Source: an uncultured Chloroflexia bacterium (GTDB lineage: Bacteria; Chloroflexota; Limnocylindria; Limnocylindrales; CSP1-4). Taken from it: DNA of 64,000 nt. The notes beneath the pieces were generated by a model. That model had not been told where the DNA came from and made no database searches. It worked only from the letters and a program-made list of their open reading frames with translations. Positions 28,141 through 37,618 of this stretch are shown in pieces. Numbering within the stretch: the first letter of the stretch is position 1; each line of letters opens with the position of its first letter. The stretch lies in assembly GCA_963712745.1 (NCBI GenBank), contig CAVQJC010000005.1, positions 96,001 to 160,000 on the forward strand, read 5' to 3'. Made by a program: the position numbers and the translations under genes.

Positions 28141-29478
28141 ATGCACATCGCGTTCATCGCCATGAGCGGGCTGCGCGCGTGGAACAGCGAGATCACTGAG
28201 GCCGGCCTGACCATGCCCGGCTTCCTCGAGCGCAGCGAGGTCATCGCCTCGCTTCCGAGTCTCGGGCTGCTGACCCTCGCTGGGATGACGCCCGACAGCT
28301 TCGACATCAGTTACCACGAGATCGAGGACATCCGCGACATGGGCGAGTTGCCCGATTGCGACATCGCGGCCATCAGCTCCTATTCCGCCCAGCAGAAGGA
28401 CGCCTACGAGCTCGCCGACCAGTACCAGGCAGAGGGCGTGCGCACCGTGCTCGGCGGACTCCACGTCTCGGCCCTGCCCCACGAGGCCCTCGAGCACGCC
28501 GATTCGGTGGTCGTCGGCGAGGGGGAGCTGGGCTGGGCCGACCTGGTCGGCGACCTGCAGGCTGGACGCCCCCTCCACGGCGTCTACGCGCCCGACGGCC
28601 GTGAGTTCGACCTGGCCGATTCGCCCATGCCGCGCTTCGATCTGCTCGACCCCGAGCGCTACAACCGGCTCACCGTCCAGTCACAGCGTGGGTGCCCGTG
28701 GCGTTGCGAGTTCTGCGCCTCGTCCATCCTCCTGACCCCCAAGTACAAGGTCAAGCCGGTCGAGCGGGTCATGGCCGAGATCCGCGAGATCCGGCAGATC
28801 TGGCCGAACCCCTTCATCGAGCTCGCCGACGACAACACCTTCGTGGATCGGCGTCACTCCAAGGAGCTGCTGCGGGCGATGGCGCCCGAAGGGCTGCGCT
28901 GGTTCACCGAGACCGACATCGGCATCGCTGACGACCCCGAGCTGCTGGAGTTGATGCGCATCTCCGGCTGCGCCGAGGTGCTCATCGGCCTCGAGAGCCC
29001 CACCGCCGAGGGCATCGACGGGGTCGAGCAACGAAGGAACTGGAAACGCTCGCGCTTCGACGACTACCAGGACGCCATCGCCCGCATCCAGGGCCACGGC
29101 ATCGCCGTCAACGGCTGCTTCGTGATGGGCCTGGACGGAGACGGGCCCGAGCTCTTCGAGTCGATCGAGCGGTTCGTGGAGGAGAGCGGCCAGTTCGACG
29201 TCCAGATCACGGTCATGACGCCCTATCCGGGCACACCCCTGTACGAGCGGCTCCTGCAGGAGGGTCGGCTACTCGAGGAGGGCGCATGGGAGAAGTGCAC
29301 GCTCTTCGACGTCAATCACGTACCGCTGGGCATGACCCCGGAGACGCTCCACCGCGAAGGCCTGGCCCTGGGCCTGCGCCTCTACACCGACGAGCGACGC
29401 AAGGCGCGGGCCAAGCGGTTCCGTGACCAGCGGCGCGCCTACGTCCGCAGCCATCGCACGAAGGAGGCTATCGCATGA
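28141..29478 (+). CDS. B12-binding domain radical SAM protein
   Basis: PSLGLLTLA, GGLHVS, GEGE, RGCPWRCEFC, TPYPGT. Confidence 0.92.
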   Translation: MHIAFIAMSGLRAWNSEITEAGLTMPGFLERSEVIASLPSLGLLTLAGMTPDSFDISYHEIEDIRDMGELPDCDIAAISSYSAQQKDAYELADQYQAEGVRTVLGGLHVSALPHEALEHADSVVVGEGELGWADLVGDLQAGRPLHGVYAPDGREFDLADSPMPRFDLLDPERYNRLTVQSQRGCPWRCEFCASSILLTPKYKVKPVERVMAEIREIRQIWPNPFIELADDNTFVDRRHSKELLRAMAPEGLRWFTETDIGIADDPELLELMRISGCAEVLIGLESPTAEGIDGVEQRRNWKRSRFDDYQDAIARIQGHGIAVNGCFVMGLDGDGPELFESIERFVEESGQFDVQITVMTPYPGTPLYERLLQEGRLLEEGAWEKCTLFDVNHVPLGMTPETLHREGLALGLRLYTDERRKARAKRFRDQRRAYVRSHRTKEAIA

Positions 29479-29894
29479 GTGCCTACCTCGACCGGATGAG
29501 TCACACCGACTGGCCCGGCTGGAAACCGTTCTTCCTCATCGCCGGCCTCTACGACGTCCTGCTCGGCCTCGCCTTCCTGGTCTTCGGCGAGCAGATCCTC
29601 GAATGGGTGGGCATGGACCTGCCGCCGCACATCGCCTACATCCAGCTGGCCGCCGTCTTCATCGCCGTGCAGGGCCTGAGCTACCTGCTGGTCTGGATGG
29701 AACCGACCCGCTACCTGGGGCTGGTGATGATCGGCGTGGTCTACAAGATCGCCTACGCCGGACTGGCGCTGTGGTATCTCATCATCGATGAGCTGCCCAG
29801 CGCCTTCTTCATCCCGTGGGCCATCATCGACATCGTCTTCCTCGTCGGCTTCCTGCTGTTCCTGCGCGCCGCCAGGCAGGCACAGGCTGCATGA
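29475..29894 (+). CDS. Four-TM membrane protein
   Basis: Hydrophobic helices; ATGA coupling. Confidence 0.8.
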   Translation: MSAYLDRMSHTDWPGWKPFFLIAGLYDVLLGLAFLVFGEQILEWVGMDLPPHIAYIQLAAVFIAVQGLSYLLVWMEPTRYLGLVMIGVVYKIAYAGLALWYLIIDELPSAFFIPWAIIDIVFLVGFLLFLRAARQAQAA

Positions 29895-30403
29895 TCCACC
29901 AGGCACTGGGCCGGCCGGTCCCGGTCGAGTTCACGGCTGACCCACGCGTCACCGGGCGGGTGAAGCGGCTGTCGCTGGTGAGCGCGATCATGCTCGGGCT
30001 CATCTGGGTCCTGGCCGTGGGGACGCTCGAGTCGCCCTACCTGGTGGGCGCCGCTCTGTTCGCGGGCTGGCTCCTGATGCCGCTGACGCTGGTGGCGAGC
30101 CTGTACCGGCCGACGGCTCGCTACTGGCTGGTGCTGCCTTCGACACTGGTGAGCCTGGGGCTGCTGGCGATCGTCCTCGGCTGGACGCCGGCAGAGCCCG
30201 CGGCCGCGTCTGGCTGGCTGCTCATGAGCGCGGGGGTGTTGCTAGGCGGCGGCATGGGCCTGTGGCTCTGGTTCCGCGTGCTCCCGGTCCCGACCCGCCT
30301 CGATGACCCCCTGTCCGGGGGCCGCTGGGCTCTGATAGGCGTCCACGTAGCGCTCGTCGTGACCGGCGCGACGCTGGTTCTCGCGACTGCCATCGCGGAC
30401 TGA
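29891..30403 (+). CDS. Membrane protein
   Basis: About 5 TM helices; ATGA coupling. Confidence 0.75.
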   Translation: MIHQALGRPVPVEFTADPRVTGRVKRLSLVSAIMLGLIWVLAVGTLESPYLVGAALFAGWLLMPLTLVASLYRPTARYWLVLPSTLVSLGLLAIVLGWTPAEPAAASGWLLMSAGVLLGGGMGLWLWFRVLPVPTRLDDPLSGGRWALIGVHVALVVTGATLVLATAIAD

Positions 30404-30593
30404 GCTGTCGCTGGCGCTGCGGCTCATCGAGGAGCACGACCGCCTGGGCATGTTCGACGCTGTCCTGGCTGCCTGCGTGATGGGGTCGGGGGCGGAGGCT
30501 CTGGTCAGTGCGGACCGCGCCTTCGCCGCCGTCCGGGGACTCAGCCATCTCGACCCGGCAGGACCGGGGCTGCACGATCTCATCGGGACCTGA
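30402..30593 (+). pseudogene. VapC/PIN C-terminal fragment
   Basis: LRLIEEHDRLGMFDAVLAA..ALVSADRAFAAV; no start or N-terminus. Confidence 0.7.
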
Positions 30594-30640
30594 AAGACGC
30601 ACAAGACAGCAAGGGTCTGCGCCGCTAGCATTCGAGGCTC

Positions 30641-33600
30641 ATGCAGCCTGACCGAGTGACGGGGGAACGCCGCCCAGCCACGGCCCTCTTCGTCGATGTC
30701 GTAGGTTCGACCAGCCTCGCCGAACGGATGGACCCGGAGGACTGGGCTGCCACCATGGAGCGGGCCATGGCCATCATGACCGGCGCCGTGGAGCGGTATG
30801 AGGGCTGGGTCGCCTCGCATACGGGCGACGGGTTCATGGCCATCTTCGGGCTCCCGACCGCGCATGAGGACGACCCCGCCCGAGCCGTGAGCTCGGCCAT
30901 CGAGATGGTCGGTGCCATCGACGAGCTGGCCCGGGAGCTGCGCGCGGACCAGGTCGAGTTCCAGATCCGGGTCGGTATCAACACCGGCGAGGTCGTGGTC
31001 CGCGACACGTCCACCGCCGGTGCCACACGGGACTCGCGGCTGTACGGCGACACGCTCAACGTGGCCGCGCGCATGCAAACGGAAGCACCGCCCGGCGGCA
31101 TCATGATCACCGGCGAGACCTACGGACTGGTCAGCGGCCTCATCGAGAGCCGCCACATCGGCCCGGTCAGCGTCAAGGGCAAGGCCACCCCGGTCGAGGC
31201 CTACGAGGTCCTGGGGCGGACGGGTGTGCTGCGCTCCATGCGGGGGATCGCCGGGCTCACCAGCCCCATGGTCGGTCGCGACGACGAGCTGGCCAGGCTG
31301 CGGGCGACCCTGGCGCCGGTCCGGGCCGGACTCGGCCGCATGGCCGTGGTGGTGGGCGAACCGGGCATCGGCAAGAGCCGGCTGCTGTGGGAGCTTCGGC
31401 AGATCGCGGAGTCGGACGGCCTGGGCTGGTTCGAGGCCCGCACCGTCAGCTACGGCCGCAACCTGCCGCTGCACCTCGCGGTCGACCTGGTTCGCGCGCT
31501 CGTCGGCCTGCCCGACCCCATCGAGAGCATCCCCGCGGACCAGGCCAGTGCGCGCCTGGCGAGCCGACTGCAGGACCTGGCTGGGCCGGACACCGCGGAG
31601 ATCGGGCCGATCCTGAGCCACCTGCTGTCACTGCCCCTGGACGCGGCCGGCGCCGAGCGCCTGGAGCACATGGAGCCCAAGACGCTCAGGCTGCGGTACG
31701 GCGAGGCGATCGCGGCCCTCATCCGGGCGGCGGCCCGAGAGCAGCCGCTGGTCATGGTCTGCGATGACGTGCACTGGGCCGATGACGCTTCGACCGACCT
31801 CCTCCAGCCGCTGGCGGCGGCCGTGGCAGGTCAGCCGGTCCTGTGGGTCCTGGCCAGCCGCGCCGAGCGCGAGGCCCCCGGCTGGCGGCTCATCGGCGCC
31901 GCCGGGGAGGCTTTCGGCGAGGCCCTGGTCGACGTCCGCCTGCGGCCGCTCGAGGCTGACGCCGGCGAGCGACTGGTGGCCAATCTCCTGGAGATCGAGT
32001 CCCTGCCGCTCTCGACCCGGGCCACCATCCTCCGGCGCGCCGAGGGCAATCCTCTCTTCGTCGAGGAGATCATCCGCATGCTCATCGACAGGCAGGCCAT
32101 CGAGTACCGGGACGGCCGCTGGATGGCCACGGCCAAGGTCCTCGACGTCGAGATCCCCGAGACGCTGCATGGCCTGCTGCTGGCCCGGATCGACCGCCTG
32201 CCGGACGAGGCCCGGCGCGTGCTTCGGATCGCCTCGGTCATCGGCCGCACCTTCACGGTGGCCGTGCTCGGGCGCGTGGCAGCGGACCCGTCGACGACCG
32301 AGCGGAGCCAGGGCCTGGGTGGGGAGCTGGGCCTGCTCGAGGGTGCAGGGCTGATCATCCTGGCGCCCGCGTCGCCGGAACTGGAATACGGCTTCCGGCA
32401 CGCCCTCATCGGGGATGCGGCCTACGCGTCGCTGCTCAGGCAGGAACGGCGATCGCTGCACCTCGAGGTGGCCGAGGCCATCCTTGCGCTTCAGCCGGAC
32501 CACGCGGACGACCTGGCCCCGGTCCTGGCCCACCACTTCGAGCGCGCCGAAGACCGGCCCCGGGCCATCGAGTACCTGGCGCTCGCCGCTCGACAGGCTC
32601 GCTCGCGATTCGCGCGCCATGAGGCCGAGGACTTCGCCCGGCGAGCGGTGGCCCTGCTGCCACCCGAGGCAGAGATGAGCGAGACGGAACGGGCACTGCG
32701 CGCCGAGTTGCAGCTGCTCCAGGCACAGGCCGGCCTCGACTTCGTGCCGCTGCAGGAGAGCCTGGCGCTGCTCGAGAGCGTGATCAGCGATGCCGAGGCC
32801 CTGGACGACTCGGCCACGGCCGCCCGTGCCTACCTCATGGTGGCCCGGGCTCGGGCCACCGGCGGCGAGCAGTTCCGGTCCAGCCCGGACCTGGCCAGGG
32901 CCCTGGAACAAGCGACCACGCTGGCTGAAGCCAGTGGTTCGCCGGCGCTGGTGGCGAGCGCCGTCCTGGCCCAGGGCCAGGCGTACTACACCTCTTCGGA
33001 GTTCGAGGAGGCAGCGCAGCTGTGGGAGCGGGCCATCCCGGCGTTGATCGAGTCCGGCCAGGTCTACGACGCCTCGGTGGCGGCGGGCCAGCTCGGGACC
33101 GCCTACGGCCACACCGGGGACTACGAGAGGGCGATCAGCTGGACCGACCGCGCGTACGAGCTGGGCCAGGAGAGCGGCGATCCCAACGCCAGTCTCGATG
33201 CCGACCTGGGGCGCGCGATCGTGGAAGGGATCCGCGGCGACACGGCGACCTCGATCGAGTACGCGACCAAGGCCGCCAACGCCGCCGAACTGGTCGACAA
33301 CAAGGCCTGCGCGCTGGTGGCCCATAGCGTGATCGGCGAGCAGCATCTGCGCGACGGCGACGCGGGTCAGGCCGCCATCTCCTTCGAGGCCAGCGCCAAC
33401 CTGGCTGCGTTCTGCCAGTTCATGCCGGTCAAGCTGGAACAGACCGAGATCCTGCTCCAGGCCGCACGGGCACGAACGGGCGTCGGCCAGGTCGAGTTCG
33501 AGCGCTACGAGCGCGCCCTCGAGCTTGCCCGTCAGTTCGGCGACCGCCTCGCCGAGGCCGAGCTCTACGAGCAGCGGGCGCGCGACCGCATCGATGCGGG

Positions 33601-33727
33601 ACAGGGCGAGATAGCGGGGGACGACCTCAGCAGGGCCGTGGGGCTGTACGACACGATCGGAGCGAGGGCCGACCTGGAGCGAGTCCGCCACCTGCAGGCG
33701 AGCCTGCCGCCCATCACCACGGCCTGA
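30641..33727 (+). CDS. Adenylate/guanylate cyclase with AAA/STAND ATPase and TPR domains
   Basis: LFVDVVGST, GDG, GDTLNVAAR, GEPGIGKS, DDVHWAD, GNPLF, helical repeats. Confidence 0.93.
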   Translation: MQPDRVTGERRPATALFVDVVGSTSLAERMDPEDWAATMERAMAIMTGAVERYEGWVASHTGDGFMAIFGLPTAHEDDPARAVSSAIEMVGAIDELARELRADQVEFQIRVGINTGEVVVRDTSTAGATRDSRLYGDTLNVAARMQTEAPPGGIMITGETYGLVSGLIESRHIGPVSVKGKATPVEAYEVLGRTGVLRSMRGIAGLTSPMVGRDDELARLRATLAPVRAGLGRMAVVVGEPGIGKSRLLWELRQIAESDGLGWFEARTVSYGRNLPLHLAVDLVRALVGLPDPIESIPADQASARLASRLQDLAGPDTAEIGPILSHLLSLPLDAAGAERLEHMEPKTLRLRYGEAIAALIRAAAREQPLVMVCDDVHWADDASTDLLQPLAAAVAGQPVLWVLASRAEREAPGWRLIGAAGEAFGEALVDVRLRPLEADAGERLVANLLEIESLPLSTRATILRRAEGNPLFVEEIIRMLIDRQAIEYRDGRWMATAKVLDVEIPETLHGLLLARIDRLPDEARRVLRIASVIGRTFTVAVLGRVAADPSTTERSQGLGGELGLLEGAGLIILAPASPELEYGFRHALIGDAAYASLLRQERRSLHLEVAEAILALQPDHADDLAPVLAHHFERAEDRPRAIEYLALAARQARSRFARHEAEDFARRAVALLPPEAEMSETERALRAELQLLQAQAGLDFVPLQESLALLESVISDAEALDDSATAARAYLMVARARATGGEQFRSSPDLARALEQATTLAEASGSPALVASAVLAQGQAYYTSSEFEEAAQLWERAIPALIESGQVYDASVAAGQLGTAYGHTGDYERAISWTDRAYELGQESGDPNASLDADLGRAIVEGIRGDTATSIEYATKAANAAELVDNKACALVAHSVIGEQHLRDGDAGQAAISFEASANLAAFCQFMPVKLEQTEILLQAARARTGVGQVEFERYERALELARQFGDRLAEAELYEQRARDRIDAGQGEIAGDDLSRAVGLYDTIGARADLERVRHLQASLPPITTA

Positions 33728-33758
33728 CCCCCGGGGGGTTCGCCCGCGCGGCGCGCGG

Positions 33759-35372
33759 TCAGGGCGAGGTCCTCGGCGCCTGAACCTCATCAGCCGGAAC
33801 CAGGCCCCGGTTGGAGTTGGCCCGCAGGTCGGCGAACACGTTTCGTGCACAGAACGGAACGCGCGTGACCGGAGCTTCGGGATCGACCGAACCCACGTGC
33901 ACACAGCATTGTCGCAGCCGTTCCACGTTCAGCGTCCACTGGTCCATGAAGCCCTTGACGCTGAAGCGCCGGACTCGAGCGGCCACGTCATCGATGCTCA
34001 TGCGACGGCCCAGGATGCTACGCCCGAGCAGACGAGCGAAATTGCCGAGGTCCAGGCGACAGGCGCCGGTCAGCGTGGCGAGATGGTCCAGCATGTCTTC
34101 GCGAGCCACGCTCGTCGAGCCGCTGTAGAGGCCCAGGAACGCGTCCCACGTCTCGTCGTCCGGCACCAGCCGGTTGCCGACGAGGGCCAGGTGTTCGCGG
34201 ATACGTTCCCGGCCCAGCAACTCGGTCACCGAGCGCCAGGTGCCGTGATCTGCGCGGACCAGGTAGTTGACCGTGGCGCAGTCGGGATGACTGCAGGGGA
34301 TAGGCAGGAAGTCTTCGCGGCGCAGTCGGCCCTCGGTCTGCTCCTCCAGCCGCCGCAGGACGCCGGTCGCCGTGACTCGCGAGAGCGGATCTGCCACCGG
34401 CACCCCGAACATCGGCTGGAAGACGACCCCGCCGCAGTGGTCGGTGCCCAGGGCCAGGTCGGCCACAGCACCTACGGCCTCATCATTGACGCCCAGGGCG
34501 ACCGTGCAGGCGAAGGTGGTGAATACCTTGGCCGCCGATAGCCGCGAGATGGCACGCTCCTTGACCGAGGCGAGATCGCTGCCCCGCAACGCCCGGTACG
34601 CCGCGGACGTCGGTCCGTCGTACTGCAGGTAGACCTCGACGCGGCGGCGACGGTCGGCCAGCAGGCCCAGCAGCGCGTCGTCGTGAGCCAGCACCAGGCC
34701 ATTGGTGTTGACCACGACACGGGTGACGTCCCGCTCAAGGATGGCGTCAAGCAGCGGGCCCAGCTGTGGATGCAGCGTCGGCTCACCGCCACTGAGCATC
34801 ACCAGGTCGAGTCGGCCGCCTTCGCGCTCCAGCACGGTGTCCAGTGAGCGAAGGACGTCCGCAGGCCGCGCGTAGCGGTCGTCCCCAGGCGCGCAGCCCG
34901 CGAAACAGGTGGGGCAGGCCAGGTTGCAGTCCCGCGTCACGTCCACCAGGAGCGTGCAGGTGTGCTGCTCCTGTGAGCGCCCGAGTCCACCCAGGTAGCC
35001 CAGTGGCGCCGGGGCGTCCTCCTCGGTGTCCGGCTCGTGCCACTTCGTCGGCACCCGCCAACCCTGCAACGACTCCCACAGGAGCGCGTCCTCCTCGTAG
35101 AGGCTGACCACCTCGCCATGCCCCCGGCGGCAGTGGCGACGGAGCAGCAGTCGTCCGTCTTGCTCCACGAGGTCACCCTGCAGGATGTCGCGCTCGTACT
35201 CGAGCGCCATGTCCGGCGATCTGGAGAGGCAGCGCCCGCAGACGGTCAGCACCATGCGATGCAGCCGATATGGCTTGACCCCACCGGCTCTGGGCCGCAC
35301 GTCGGTGGACGACGCAGACTGCACGTCGGTGGACGACGCAGACTGCACGTCGGTGGCCGTCACGGACATCAC
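33759..35372 (-). CDS. Radical SAM protein, Tes/GDGT-MAS (MJ0619)-like
   Basis: N-terminal CxxC..CxxxH metal site, CNLACPTCF, SGGEPT, LQYDG, PCSHPDC, FMD..CCVH..PFC. Confidence 0.85.
   Translation of the reverse strand: MMSVTATDVQSASSTDVQSASSTDVRPRAGGVKPYRLHRMVLTVCGRCLSRSPDMALEYERDILQGDLVEQDGRLLLRRHCRRGHGEVVSLYEEDALLWESLQGWRVPTKWHEPDTEEDAPAPLGYLGGLGRSQEQHTCTLLVDVTRDCNLACPTCFAGCAPGDDRYARPADVLRSLDTVLEREGGRLDLVMLSGGEPTLHPQLGPLLDAILERDVTRVVVNTNGLVLAHDDALLGLLADRRRRVEVYLQYDGPTSAAYRALRGSDLASVKERAISRLSAAKVFTTFACTVALGVNDEAVGAVADLALGTDHCGGVVFQPMFGVPVADPLSRVTATGVLRRLEEQTEGRLRREDFLPIPCSHPDCATVNYLVRADHGTWRSVTELLGRERIREHLALVGNRLVPDDETWDAFLGLYSGSTSVAREDMLDHLATLTGACRLDLGNFARLLGRSILGRRMSIDDVAARVRRFSVKGFMDQWTLNVERLRQCCVHVGSVDPEAPVTRVPFCARNVFADLRANSNRGLVPADEVQAPRTSP
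35297..35356. repeat. In-frame 24-bp tandem repeat x2.5 (TDVQSASS)
   Basis: GCACGTCGGTGGACGACGCAGACT repeated. Confidence 0.9.
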
Positions 35373-35905
35373 CCGTCACCGGTCATGATCATCGCGCACG
35401 TCCCGGCCAGGCCCAGGTACAGGACCCCGGCCACGATGAGTGTCGTCGTCATCGTCCGGGCGACGCCACGTCGAAGCGAAGCGCTGACGCCAACGGCCAC
35501 GAGCACGAAGAGCGCGACGAGCCCCATAACGGCCGCCAGGATGACGAGCCCGATCTGGTTGTACCCAGAGTTCTCCGGGTCCGCGATCGCGAGGAAGAGC
35601 GCACACGTGCACCAGGCACCGACGGCGATGGCGATGACCCCGAGGAAAGCCCTGGCTCGCAGGTCCTGCCCGCTCTCCGGCGCCGAGGTCGCTCGTTCCG
35701 GGATCCGCCCTTCCGCATGGAGGCGCAGCGCCTCGTCGACGACCGCATAGGGGTAGCCGGCGTCGACCAGCGCCTGTCGTAGTGCGTCCTCGGTGTAGGT
35801 CGAATCCTGCTCTTCGATGAAGTCGAGCGCGTCCTCGAGCGGCGAGATACCTTCGTCCTGACTCGGAGTCGTCCCCGGTTCTGGCTCCTGCCCCATCTTG
35901 TTCAC
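35369..35905 (-). CDS. Membrane protein with N-terminal helical domain
   Basis: LEDAL..EDALRQALVDAGYP, then 3 TM helices. Confidence 0.75.
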   Translation of the reverse strand: MNKMGQEPEPGTTPSQDEGISPLEDALDFIEEQDSTYTEDALRQALVDAGYPYAVVDEALRLHAEGRIPERATSAPESGQDLRARAFLGVIAIAVGAWCTCALFLAIADPENSGYNQIGLVILAAVMGLVALFVLVAVGVSASLRRGVARTMTTTLIVAGVLYLGLAGTCAMIMTGDG

Positions 35906-36129
35906 CTCACGTTGTCGAGACGGCCCGTCGCGGACAGCTTGGCCACGGCCCTCGCGCTGCGCTCACGGCTCCATCCGGCGATCGCTTCATCCACGATGTC
36001 GTCGGGGTAGCCGGCCTCTCGCAGGGATCGGCGCAGGGCCTCGCCGGTGGAGCGGTCGCCATGCTCCTGGGCGAACGCGAGCGCGTCCTCGAGTGTCCTG
36101 TCGTTGTCCTCGTCGGCCAAGTCCATCAC
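35902..36129 (-). CDS. Small protein paralogous to the N-terminus of 35369-35905
   Basis: LEDALAF..EALRRSLREAGYPDDIVDEA. Confidence 0.7.
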   Translation of the reverse strand: MMDLADEDNDRTLEDALAFAQEHGDRSTGEALRRSLREAGYPDDIVDEAIAGWSRERSARAVAKLSATGRLDNVR

Positions 36130-36130
36130 C

Positions 36131-36952
36131 TCATCCAGGGGCGGCCGCTCGCCCTGCGGGGTATGGCGGCGGCAGCGGCGTGCTCCAGGTATGTCTGCGC
36201 CAGCTACGCGCGAAGTGGAGGTAGAGGGCCGCCAGCACCGGGACCAGCACGAGCTGGGGCCCGGTCAGCCCGAACACATCGGCATCCTCGGCGCGCAGCC
36301 ACTCGTTGGCGAAGCGGAAGCTGAGCCCCGCAACGAGGTACAGCTTGAGCAGGTCTCCGCGGACCGGGACACGCCGGCCGTAGCGGACGATGAGCAGCGC
36401 GGCGACGGCGTTGAAGGCGATCTCGTAGAGCATCACCGGATGCATCGGCAGCTCGCAGCCCGGACAGGACGCGAAACGGGCCGCGGCCTCGGGCGCGACG
36501 CTGACGCCCACCGAGAGCCCGGTGGGAACCCCCAGGGGCAGCTCGCTCAAGAGGCACCCGACTCGGCCGATGGCCACTCCCACGGCCAGGGCCAGGGCAT
36601 AGCAGTCACCGGTCAATTCGCGGTAGCCCAGGGCGCGCTTGGCCAGGAACCCCGCAACGTAGCCGCCGACGATGGCGCCGATGAGGCTCTTGCCGCTGCG
36701 CTCGATGGCGGTCATCAGCGACAGGCCGCCGAGCGAGCGCAGGTCATCAAGATGGTCCCAGGCAAGCACTAGGCGTGCGCCCACCACGCCACCGACGAGG
36801 ACCGCCAGCGAGACCCACACCACGGTCGGCCCGAGCAGTCCCCGGCCGCGCAGCGCCCGGTAGTAGAGCGCAAGCCCCACCAGGAGACCGAGCGCGGAGA
36901 AGAGCAGGTGTGTATCGATGCGCAGGTCGCCGAGAACGATCTCGGGATGCAC
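36131..36952 (-). CDS. Prolipoprotein diacylglyceryl transferase-like protein
   Basis: GARL, IGRVGC, HPVMLYE, RFANEWLR. Confidence 0.88.
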   Translation of the reverse strand: MHPEIVLGDLRIDTHLLFSALGLLVGLALYYRALRGRGLLGPTVVWVSLAVLVGGVVGARLVLAWDHLDDLRSLGGLSLMTAIERSGKSLIGAIVGGYVAGFLAKRALGYRELTGDCYALALAVGVAIGRVGCLLSELPLGVPTGLSVGVSVAPEAAARFASCPGCELPMHPVMLYEIAFNAVAALLIVRYGRRVPVRGDLLKLYLVAGLSFRFANEWLRAEDADVFGLTGPQLVLVPVLAALYLHFARSWRRHTWSTPLPPPYPAGRAAAPG

Positions 36953-36954
36953 GG

Positions 36955-37497
36955 TCAGTCCCGTGGCGGCCGAGGCCCTGGCGGCCACGGCAGCATGCGG
37001 TGCCGCACGGTCTCGCGATAGGCCCGGTAGTCGGGATAGGTGGCTGTCAGCCAGCGCTCCTCGACCTCGAGCTTGTAGCGGTCGAGATACCAGATGTAGA
37101 CGGGCACGAGCGCCAGGGCCACGAGGCTTCCCCACGCGAGACTCCAGCCGATGCCGATGAGGACCTGCGAGGTGCACACGGGATGCCGCATCCATCGATA
37201 GATGCCTTCCCGGTGCAGCGAGGCCTCCGGCCGCGGCTTGACCCAGATCGAGAAGCTCCGTCCGAGGGTCACGCTGCCGAGGCCGAACAGGCCGACGCCA
37301 CCAAGAAGGATGACGATGCCGATGACCCCGACGAACGTGGACCACGGGTCGGACCAGCCATGGCCGGTCGCGGGGGCCAGTGTCAACACGAGCAGGCCCA
37401 GCACCGTCTGCAGGCCGACCCAGCCTTCACCCCGGGGGCCGAGGGAGGTCAGGGTCCCGAACCGAGCCTCGTTGGCGGAAGGGCTCCCGGTGCGCAT
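36955..37497 (-). CDS. ICMT/PEMT-family membrane methyltransferase
   Basis: GIYRWMRHP, EERWL..YPDYRAY. Confidence 0.85.
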   Translation of the reverse strand: MRTGSPSANEARFGTLTSLGPRGEGWVGLQTVLGLLVLTLAPATGHGWSDPWSTFVGVIGIVILLGGVGLFGLGSVTLGRSFSIWVKPRPEASLHREGIYRWMRHPVCTSQVLIGIGWSLAWGSLVALALVPVYIWYLDRYKLEVEERWLTATYPDYRAYRETVRHRMLPWPPGPRPPRD

Positions 37498-37618
37498 GAC
37501 GGCTTCCCCCTTGCCGACACGACCACGCGTCGAGTGGCCGCTTTGGCAGCGCTGCCACGCACCATCGTCGTCAGGTGCGCTTGACGTCGCAAGTGCCGTT
37601 CGGCCCCGCCGGCGCGCG

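Noticed and set aside
30641-33727. Cyclase-STAND-TPR protein as a novel defence system
   Set aside because: A common signalling architecture in Chloroflexota and Actinomycetota, with no adjacent effector genes.
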